From the NCBI GenBank assembly GCA_030141605.1, contig JAQGDQ010000656.1:54041-118040 (forward strand): 64,000 nucleotides of DNA. Direction: 5' to 3'. Made by a program: the position numbers and the translations under genes. Under the pieces are notes generated by a model. That model was not told the DNA's origin. It was given only the letters and a program-made list of their open reading frames with translations, and ran no database searches. Below, piece by piece: positions 53,356 through 64,000 of the stretch (its first letter is position 1; each line of letters starts with the position of its first letter). Origin of the DNA: Tubiluchus corallicola. Its lineage: Eukaryota > Animalia > Priapulida.

Positions 53356-54359
53356 AAACGTCATACAACGGGCTAAGAAGCAAACGTCAAGTCAAAAGTT
53401 AAGGGCGACAAAACCAATCTCATTCAATTACTTTTCCAGCCAAATTATTGATTTTTCAGCCTAATGTAGGTTTACAACAATCGTAAAAGCGCAATAACCC
53501 GAATGATGTTTCACTGCAAATTTGCGATAAATTTTAATCTTTGGCCGTGAAAAATTCGCATCTAACTCGGCCTTTAACGAAATGGAAAACTATGGTTATA
53601 CGGGTTTCAGTGAATTTTATCACCCATTTTATAGTTTGTGCAAGCCACAATTAGCAACAACTTCTACGTTCAAATGACTTTATTGGGTTCTATTTATGAT
53701 TGGGAATAAAAAATAGTGAAATAATGACAGGTTTCACAGTTCTGCTTAAATTTGCAAAAATGCACTGATTTCCTGTAAGTTGTTTTTAATTAATTACATT
53801 TCAAGGAGAAATAACTTAGTGAAGAACTACAATAAGCTCGATCCAACGACGTCAGATCATTTTTAAATTTATTTAAAGTAAAAAATTGCAATCATTAAAC
53901 GTGGCAAATTAATAAATTGCACATGAATGGACACGGTAAAACCTGACGCCATCAGGAATAAAAATGAGTTATTCTTGAGGAAAATAATTTATAATTTATT
54001 GGGTGAAAGTACATTAACAAAATTATACTGCCATTAATTACAAAGTACAGATTAATTACAAAACAATTATTATAAGTACAAGATGGTACGTAGCACATCA
54101 AACAAAAAATATAAAAACTAACATCAAGCACTGATGTATGTTATAAACCCCAACTTCACATACACATTCAACGCACTAAAATTGTTGACAAAGCTAACAA
54201 TCCTATTTTGTGAATACAAAACTCTATAGCTTCCTCGTATTTACAAAACATTTATTTATTAAGTTACAAACAATTGTTAGTATTTCTAGATCTTTGCTCC
54301 CTACCAAAAACAAATATTTGTCAAAATATACAAAAATGTAAATAATACATATATGAAGA

Positions 54360-54365
54360 TACACA

Positions 54366-54448
<83 letters not shown>

Positions 54449-54937
54449 ACATATATATATATATATATAAAGATGCGAAGAGATGAGTACACGTTAACAG
54501 AGATAGAATTCGTATAATCAATTTGCTAGTGGTAGAAAGAATCATAATAGTCACGAAGAACACTTGACACCCAAAGTTAAACAGCATAAGACCTGAGTAT
54601 TAAATGAATACGTGGCATCTTCAGGAAAATGCGTTTTCATTTGCATCATGACAAGCATGATGACTCTCTTGATGACAAGCTAATGTGACATTGACACTGA
54701 CAATGACATTGGAGAGTTCGTATATTACTTTTTACTCACTTAAGAAAGATTTAATAGATATCAAAACATATAAAGTTAGTATAACAACTTTATACAACAG
54801 GCTGCGGCTGCTGCTGCTGCTGATGATGATGATGATGAGGATGATGACGACGACGAGGAGGAGGATGGTGGTGGTGGTGTTCGTGATGATTTCATGACGA
54901 TGATGATGATGTTGGTGGTGGTGGTGGTGGTGGTGGT

Positions 54938-54969
<32 letters not shown>

Positions 54970-55100
54970 TGGTGGTGGTGGTGGTGGTGGTGGTGGTGGT
55001 GGTGGTGGTGGTGGTGGTGGTGGTGGTGGTGGTGGTGGGTGATGATGATCCAAACGCTTTGCAAACGTAACCCACCATTACTGTTGTTGTTGTTGTTGCT
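54360..55100. repeat. (CA)n(TA)n at 54360-54470 and (GAT/GGT/GGC)n at 54800-55100
   Basis: Directly visible. Confidence 0.93.
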
Positions 55101-56534
55101 GTCGCTGTATTCCCCTACTCGATTTGTTGAGAAAAGTTAAAATTAACCTATTTTTCAAAATGTTAAGGAGAAATCTTCACCAGGTTTTTTTTGATTTCCT
55201 GAGCTCACAGTGCATTTTTTCGTGAGTACTCCCGCTGACACATTGTGCTGTTCATTGTCGTTTTCTTCTGGTAGGTTTTACCGATTTTACAACTAAATAT
55301 GATAAAAAGAATGAGATTGTTTATATGTTTCTTGCTTCCAGAATTCACACTAATTCACACTGTTACTTGAGATTCTGCGTACTTTTCCATAAGCAGAAAA
55401 TTCAGTCTATCCCTTGCTATTTCTCTTAATATACAGAAAGTTATAGGAAATGAGATTGAAACCATTTCTTCGCGAAATTCAAAGACGTCTTTTGCAAAAT
55501 TTCACACCTTCGGAAATGAATGTAGTTTATGAAAAGCTGCTAAATTGCAGGTTAATTAGTCGGTGGTAAGCTCAGGTCTTGGCGGACAAGCTTTTCTGAA
55601 GCTCTCAATCAGCCGTAAAATGCAAAAGAAATTTTCTACAAAACTACAGCAGAAGGCCATTTGATTCCTTCCTTTATTCTTTAGACTTCTCTTTCGTGGA
55701 TTCTAAAATTACTCTTTCTATCCCGCCGAAAGAGAGGAATGGAAGAAGACAGAAAGAGTGAGCGTATGACAGAAAGAGAGAACAGGAGAGAGAGGAGGGA
55801 GTGAGAGGTGGGGAAGAGGCATAAGAAAGAGGCGGAAGAGAGAGTTAGAAAGAGAATAAGAAAAAGAGAAACAAGAAAAAGAGAGAGAAAGAAAGAGATT
55901 GGGGGAGATTATTTAATTATTGTATGTCTTTTTATTAAGCAATAAATACATTGTTTCCCTCTATTTGCAGGGATTCGTTTACAAAATTCAATATAGCTAT
56001 TTACGATAACAATATTATGCATAATGTAAATTTTGTACATACATACATACTTTAGTAGTAGTGTTTCAGATTAGCTATTTAACTTTGATATATAATATAT
56101 ATATATATACATCAAAAGCACAAGTATAACTTTCACAACACATATAAAGAATAAATGTAAAATATATACATATTTTACACTATAATTTACATAATGATTT
56201 CATTTTAACGCAGTTCATGTTTTTCTGTACATATAATTTGAATTAACTATTTACGTATGCACTGATATACAATATTTACATATGCCTGACATACATCTTT
56301 ATCTCTTTTTACATAAATACACTTTTACATACGCTTATCTTGGCTGAGGGCAGAACTTGTCTTAAATTTATTTGAAATTGGTGGTCTACCACATTCTGGT
56401 GTTTGAGGGGCTGCATTATTACAATGACAGCAATCTGTATTTTGTTCACCTATTCTATGCCGAAATGATTTAGTCCCTCTATTTAAAAGTAAGCTTGATG
56501 CAGTTGTTTCAATAAGTCTTTTGTAGTGTGTTAT

Positions 56535-56645
<111 letters not shown>

Positions 56646-56908
56646 GAGACAGATGGGAATAGGCGTAAGAGAGAGGGGTAGAGGAGAGAGGCAAAGGAGA
56701 GAGAGAGAGAGAGGATAAGAGAAAGAGATAGGGATGGGAAGAGATAGGGATGGGAAGAGGCATGAGAGAGAGGGGGAAAAGAAAGAGGCAAAGGAGACAG
56801 AGTTAGAAAGAGAATAAAAGAAAAAGAAACAAGAAAGAGAGAGAGGGGTAAGAAGAGAGAGCTAAAGGAGAGAGACATAGAATAAGAGAAAGAGAAACAA
56901 AAGAGAGA

Positions 56909-58408
56909 GAGGGGGATGGGAAGAGGCATAAGAGAGAGAGGGGAAGAAGAGAGAGGCAAATTAGAGAGAGAGTTACGATAAAGAAAGAGAAACAAGAAAC
57001 AGAGGGGGGTGAGTGAGTGAAAAATGCTGGAAATTAATAGCGAATGAGTGCTTTCTGTCACGTTTGCACTGTGTCTGATTATTGCAGCTGCTGGCTTCAA
57101 CATTATGTGAAGCCACTCAATTGCTGGCTTCTTCTTGTTGTTGTTATTTCCTTATTTACCAAACGTCAATTTACCAAATATCTCCAAGAGATACTTGTTT
57201 TCCAAATTTGCGTCAAAAGAACGAATAACAGCTAAATAGACAGTGTGTGTGTGCTCAGTTTACGAGTCTAAGCAACATCGGGCCGTGTTAATAAATGGTA
57301 AGGTGACCAATGAGAAAAAGCAAAATCGTCTGAAAGTCTTCAAAATAAAAAAATCAGGCCGATACGTCAGCACAAATCATCAACATTTTTGATTTAGCAG
57401 AGCAAAGGGGGCGACCAGAGCAGGGTCTACTTAAAAAGGCCTACACAGAAATTCTGAAACGTTCACAAACAATATTGTCCTTTTTTGACCAATCTTTTAT
57501 CGTACAACTATTGGGTGAAGCCATTGAAGTTAACCTGTTTGAGTAACTGATTTGCATTTATCTGTCAGCTTGCTCCTATTCGACTTTTTATCAGGTTACC
57601 AAATGTATTAATATTTTAAGTAGCCCAGGTTAATATTCTTGGCTGAAATTGACCCACTAAATCATATTTGTCTTCAACCTGTTGGTATCAGCTGATATTC
57701 AGTTCACCAAGCGTTTATTTACCTAGTATCTGTATAACTGAATGTTCATCTATCACTCGAATCACCCGTCCGTCTATTCCTCCGTCCATCCGACCATCCA
57801 TTCACCCATCCATCCAGCCAGCCATCCATCCATCCATCCATCAATTCATCTATCCATCCATCCATCCATCCATTCATCCATCCACCCACCCATCCATCCA
57901 TCCATCCATCCATCCATCTATCCATTCATCAGTCTTTCCATCAATCCATCCATCCATCCATCCATCCATCCATCCATCCATCCATCCATCCATCCATCCA
58001 TCCATCCATCCATCCATCTATCCATCCATCCATCCATCCATCCATCCATCCATCCATCCATCCATCCATCCATCCATCCATCCATCCATCCATCCATCCA
58101 TCCATCCATCCATCCATCCATCCATCCAGCCATCCATCCATCCACCCATCCATCTGTCTATTCATCAATCCATCTATCCCTCCATCCATCCATCCATCCG
58201 TCCGTCCGTCCATCCATTCATCCATCCATCCATCATCCATCCGTCCATCCATCCATCCATCCTTTTTCCATCCATTCATCCATCCATCTATCTATCCGTC
58301 CGTCCGTCCATCCATCCATCCATCCATCCATCCATCTATCCACCCATCCATCCATCCATCCACCCATCCACCTATCTATTCATCAATCCATCTATCCCTG
58401 CAGCCATC
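56909..58408 (+). repeat. Left arm of a near-identical inverted duplication (includes (CATC)n at 57790-58400)
   Basis: Position x pairs with 120909-x; identical ORF translations at 57044+/63865- and shared starts at 57668+/63241-. Confidence 0.95.
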
Positions 58409-58859
58409 CTAATCTTCTGATCTTGACTTTTGAACTCCAAAAAATTCTTTTGTTATGGTGTATAAATTTTCATTTTTCATTATGTATGATCATCTTATCT
58501 TTAAAATTTTCCTAAGGAGACTCATATGAAATGTGTCAATTTGCTTTTCACGAGTAATCGTTAAAACTGCTGTTGTACATAAGTATGCTAGTAACGTAAG
58601 CATTAAATAATCGAAAATTCTTAGTAATTTGAAATGTCCGCGCCAACAGTTACTGGTAAAATGTCATTGACTCACCTTCCCAGTGTGCACCACTGACTCA
58701 CCACAAACGTAATTTTAATATTATTGGCAATATAAAGTAATTTATACGTTTGCTTAGTTAGTGAAGTGTGTGCCACGAATGCTCTAATTATTTTTTCAAA
58801 CAATTTCAAACACATGCTTTCTCGCCCTTCAAACAAAACTAATTATAATTTAATTAATA

Positions 58860-60037
58860 ATGCTACGGGGTGCTAAACGCCATTTATTTTCGATCCCTCT
58901 ACATTGTGATGGACTCGTCCGTACGAGCCATCGCATAGTGGTGCTGATTATTAGATATAAAACCCATTGAATGGCTTGTTGGTTCAGTGGGCTGACGAAC
59001 AAATGCGTATCTCAGCTCAGCACCTGTTCCGTAATGATAACCAGCTTGCAGCACAGTGACAGATATCTGGCGAGTTACTTAAATGTATAATTTCACTTTG
59101 TTTTTTCACATTGTCTCACATTTTTCACATTTCTCGATGTTTTTTGGAACAAGTGCTGAACATACCTATCAGAACTATCCGGTTTTATTACAATCAATAA
59201 TCTTCTTATTTAATTGTGAGTTTTGCAAAGAAAAAGTGGGATGCGTGTATCGTGTTTGTAATTATCTAACTCCTGAAGCTGCATTCTACCTTTACAAATC
59301 GACAATTCGACCTTGTCGAGCACAGCAGTCACGTGTCACAGCGTGTTGCCTTAGCACACTTGACAGATTGCAAATTCGTATTACCGTTTTGGTTTGCGTC
59401 TGATTTGGAATAAATCATGCAGTTTCTGTTCATTTTTTAAGATTTCAATTTTTCGTTTGCCTGACTTGTTCATTTATGCACAAAATTGTACACATACATT
59501 TCATAATAGCAATAACGAGGTTAAGATAACGAAGTGTAAGTACAAACAAACCTTTTAATGAGGAGGAGACATAAGTTTTTGTGCCGCAGTCTGGGGGTTG
59601 TGGAAAGTATCAACGCAGAGACAATCTAAAAATTGGTGAATATGCCCAAAAACAAAATACGAAAAGAATGAGTAATTATGGCATTAAAACACATACAAAG
59701 TAGAAGTAAATTCAAACTGACTATACTGTAACGTAGACCGGATGGTGCTTATACGCATGTCACGGCGTACTTGTGATGAAAAGGTAGAAAAAACTGTAAT
59801 TAAAGTGAGATTATATAATCAAGTAACTCGCCATATATCTAATTCATTGTACTCCATGCCGGTAGTTATTACGGAGCAGGTGCTGAGGTGGAAAACGCAC
59901 TAGTCCACTGGATCGACGAGACATTCCATAGCGACAATTTTATACCTGCTAGTCAACCCCACTACGCAATGGCTTCGAATAGACGAGACCACCACAATGT
60001 AAATTGGTGAGTCGAAAATAAATTCGTTCCCGTAACG
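58860..60037. repeat. Old inverted repeat pair (~58860-59081 / ~59821-60037)
   Basis: e.g. CTCAGCACCTGTTCCGTAAT...TGGCGAGTTACTT versus AAGTAACTCGCCA...ATTACGGAGCAGGTGCTGAG. Confidence 0.75.
59225..59400 (+). mobile_element. Small CR1/L2-type LINE fragment
   Basis: KVGCVYRVCNYLTPEAAFYLYKSTIRPC...LSTLDRLQIR resembles the LYKSxIRP motif. Confidence 0.6.
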
Positions 60038-60302
60038 ATGCTATTATTGTACAGTGAAATTTAATTATTTAAGTGGATTACCATGACAAAGATATACGTT
60101 TTGAACTGGCGTACTGGATAGTTTGTGGCAACAGTGGGTTTTTGTACCCAGAGCTGAATGTATGAATGTCTATAAGTATGAATGTATGAAGAATGTATAC
60201 AGAATGTATGAAATACTGAGGTATTCAACAGCCTCCAATTCTCAATATTCAAGTCTAAATTAAAAGATATAATCATAATGTTTAATCTTTGATTTCATAT
60301 TT

Positions 60303-60304
<2 letters not shown>

Positions 60305-60350
<46 letters not shown>

Positions 60351-60668
60351 AGGGAGAGAAAGAGAGAGAGAGAGAAGGAAAGGAGAGGGGAGATGCTATG
60401 CTATGCTATACTATACTATACTATACTATACTATACTATACTATACTATACTATACTATACTATACTATACTATACTATACTATACTATACTATACTATA
60501 CTATACTATACTACGCTACGCTACGCTACGCTACGCTACGCTACGCTACGCTACGCTACACTACACTACACTACACTACACTACACTACACTACACTACA
60601 CTACACTACACTACACTACACTACACTACACTACACTACACTACACTACACTATACTATACTATACTA
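60305..60668. repeat. (TA)n and compound pentanucleotide (CTATG)(CTATA)n(CTACG)n(CTACA)n(CTATA)n
   Basis: Directly visible. Confidence 0.97.
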
Positions 60669-61010
60669 TTAAAGGAAAGGACCAGTCATTTAGCAGGTTG
60701 GGTTCATTTAACTGTTATCACGAAAATTTGGAAAAATATAACATAGAAATTTGCAAAAAACTGTCTATGTCTATAAAGCGTAAAGTTAATTTATACTGTA
60801 TAGAAATTTTCAGGCGCGATGGTAGCCTGCTTTTTTTCTCTTGAAAATTACAACGTAACTGGTGGACTTCGTGACTTTTCGTAAGCGCATCGTGGTTTTC
60901 CGTAAGCAGGCGCTGTTCAAAGTTCAGACTTCTGCAACTTAGCTAGCTAAAGTTGTTCTTGCAAAAATGTCACAAAATTAGTTATCTAACTTTTTTTGTA
61001 AAACTTTGTA
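60669..61010 (+). mobile_element. MITE family C, left part
   Basis: Starts TTAAAGGAAAGGACCAGTC; colinear with 14832-15120. Confidence 0.65.
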
Positions 61011-61208
61011 ATACTTTTGACCAAAATTGGCAAAGTTTTTCTTTGCATGATGATCAACGTCATTGGTGGAGCTATGGGTGCTCAAAATGGGAGCGTCCAA
61101 ATGTAAAACGATTGCAACTTTATAGAGTGATTTTACTAACAGTTTCATTACTAAATCTTTCTAATATTTTTGCGAACATTAAAAAATGCCCAACTTTCCA
61201 GCCTTTCT

Positions 61209-61825
61209 TTAAAACAAAACCGGACCCAATCTTAAACTGTAGGTCAAAACAATCAACTCTTTAAAATATTGAAAGGGAACATTCTATTTTTTCAAAAATG
61301 ACTTACCTGGAAGAATTATTTCTACACAAACACAATTTCACGTTCGCGCCACTAGTTCTTCGCTGTTACATGCATTTCGCCATTCGCTAGTTAGACGGGC
61401 ACTAGCGCCTGCATTTCGGAAACGCATTATGCAAAAACAAGTACTGTACCTCTCAGTTCAGATGTGTTAGTTTGTGACGAACTATGCACGTTCGACAACT
61501 CATGTGTGAGCACAGCGGTAACTTTGAAATTGGAATTTTTATCTTAAATCTTGCCTATTTTTAGTACAACAAACTGAACATCTTACAGTAGCACTGTACT
61601 TCAATTTTCGCTTTCGCAAACACGTGCAACGCGCTCGTGGAATATTTTTGCTCTTGGAAATTATGTTAGTTTCTGATGTCATCAATAGTTGAGCTCGGCC
61701 ACCATTAATTAATTTTTTAATCTATTATTTAATTATCAGATACGCTTTTGCAATATTAAAATGTATACTTTTTATCGGACTTGAAAATGGTATAGTATGT
61801 GAAAAATCATCCTGTCTTCCTTTAA
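61209..61825 (-). mobile_element. Intact ~610-bp TTAA MITE family A (Kolobok/T2-like)
   Basis: TTAA at 61209-61212 and 61822-61825; termini AACAAAACCGGA / TCCTGTCTTCCT; three other copies in the window. Confidence 0.85.
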
Positions 61826-62371
61826 ATACGCATGTAATACATGCACGCATACTTCCTTATTACGCATGTAATAAGCAAACGCTCATTTTAACATTCATAG
61901 GACAAATTGCCTGCGTTTTCCAGATACGATTTCAGTTGTAACTCTTTCGCGTTTCGGCGCTTCAGTCAAGTTACCTCTAAACGTCCTTACGCGGCAGACG
62001 TCGAAGACAAATTTATGACGCTTCACCGCAGAGGAAAACGAAAACGCGTCGCTTCATCGTTACTGCAAACTGCCACTGAAGAAAACCCAACTGCAGATTT
62101 TCATTGTACGAGCTGACATGTGTAGCAAATAACAAACAAACATCAATAGAAATGCGTCGAGTTTTTGTAGATTTATGCTCTTTAGTTCTACTAAATTTTG
62201 GCTCATCGAGAGTTAACGTGTAAACACGGAGGGATATAAACGAATTAAGTGTTTATTGCACGAGACAGAATTCATCAGTCAGCCGTACAATTTGATCATT
62301 TCAATTTCACAGTTCGAAATGCGGGAAATAGATCTGCATGCAATGTGTACGTCATCAGCTGTTTGGTTCTT

Positions 62372-64000
62372 GGATGGATAGATGGAAAGATGGGTGGATG
62401 AATGGATGGATGGACGGACGGACGGATGGATGGATGGCTGGAGGGATAGATGGGTTGATGAGTAGACAGATGGATGGGTGGATGGATGGATGGATGGATG
62501 GCTGCAGGGATAGATGGATTGATGAATAGATAGGTGGATGGGTGGATGGATGGATGGATGGGTGGATAGATGGATGGATGGATGGATGGATGGATGGACG
62601 GACGGACGGATGGATAGATGGATGGGTGAATGGATGGAAAAAGGAGTGGATGGATGGGTGGACGGATGGATGATGGGTGGATGGATGAATGGATGGACGG
62701 ACGGACAGATGGATGGATGGCTGGAGGGATAGATGGATTGATGAATAGACAGATGGATGGGTGGATGGATGGATGGCTGGAGGGATAGATGGATTGATGA
62801 ATAGATAGGTGGATGGGTGGATGGATGGATGGATGGGTGGATAGATGGATGGATGGGTGAATGGATGGACGGACGGACGGATGGATAGATGGATGGGTGA
62901 ATGGATGGAAGAAGGAGTGGATGGATGGGTGGATGGATGGAAGATGGGTGGATGGATGGATGGATTGATGGAAAGACTGATGAATGGATAGGTGGATGGA
63001 TGGATGGATGGATGGATGGGTGGGTGGATGGATGAATGGATGGATGGATGGACGGATAGATGAATTGATGGATGGATGGATGGATGGCTGGCTGGATGGA
63101 TGGGTGAATGGATGGTCGGATGGACGGAGGAATAGACGGACGGGTGATTCGAGTGATAGATGAACATTCAGTTATACAGATACTAGGTAAATAAACGCTT
63201 GGTGAACTGAATATCAGCTGATACCAACAGGTTGAAGACAAATATGATTTAGTGGGTCAATTTCAGCCAAGAATATTAACCTGGGCTACTTAAAATATTA
63301 ATACATTTGGTAACCTGATAAAAAGTCGAATAGGAGCAAGCTGACAGATAAATGCAAATCAGTTACTCAAACAGGTTAACTTCAATGGCTTCACCCAATA
63401 GTTGTACGATAAAAGATTGGTCAAAAAAGGACAATATTGTTTGTGAACGTTTCAGAATTTCTGTGTAGGCCTTTTTAAGTAGACCCTGCTCTGGTCGCCC
63501 CCTTTGCTCTGCTAAATCAAAAATGTTGATGATTTGTGCTGACGTATCGGCCTGATTTTTTTATTTTGAAGACTTTCAGACGATTTTGCTTTTTCTCATT
63601 GGTCACCTTACCATTTATTAACACGGCCCGATGTTGCTTAGACTCGTAAACTGAGCACACACACACTGTCTATTTAGCTGTTATTCGTTCTTTTGACGCA
63701 AATTTGGAAAACAAGTATCTCTTGGAGATATTTGGTAAATTGACGTTTGGTAAATAAGGAAATAACAACAACAAGAAGAAGCCAGCAATTGAGTGGCTTC
63801 ACATAATGTTGAAGCCAGCAGCTGCAATAATCAGACACAGTGCAAACGTGACAGAAAGCACTCATTCGCTATTAATTTCCAGCATTTTTCACTCACTCAC
63901 CCCCCTCTGTTTCTTGTTTCTCTTTCTTTATCGTAACTCTCTCTCTAATTTGCCTCTCTCTTCTTCCCCTCTCTCTCTTATGCCTCTTCCCATCCCCCTC
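62372..64000 (-). repeat. Right arm of the inverted duplication (runs off the window end; includes (GATG)n)
   Basis: Reverse complement of 56909-58408; the microsatellite part differs in length and has internal duplications. Confidence 0.95.

Overview
This is AT-rich, repeat-dense animal (probably protostome invertebrate) genomic DNA, not prokaryotic. The only long real ORF is an intronless class A neuropeptide GPCR on the minus strand (50551..~51942), which closely resembles CNMamide receptors. Splice signals and reading frames support two more genes that the ORF track misses. One is the last exons of a plus-strand gene (169-294, 1824-1988, 3427-3474) with a CPDCG motif. The other is a convergent three-exon minus-strand gene (7374-7173, 6062-5961, 3861-3695) encoding a ~156-aa two-TM orphan protein. 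The rest is mostly mobile and repetitive DNA: two hAT deletion derivatives with TIRs and TSDs, several families of TTAA-flanked Kolobok/T2-type MITEs, CR1/L2 and RTE LINE fragments, a tRNA-SINE head, minisatellites (62, 98, 64 and ~55 bp) and many compound microsatellites. Two unusual structures stand out: (i) a ~12-kb non-coding higher-order array (23.4-35.8 kb) of ancient tandem units, each with a foldback element and three ordered conserved blocks including a CTCF-like/splice-acceptor-like motif; (ii) a near-identical >=1.5-kb inverted duplication upstream of the GPCR that may contain its first exon. All identities and homologies were judged by eye.
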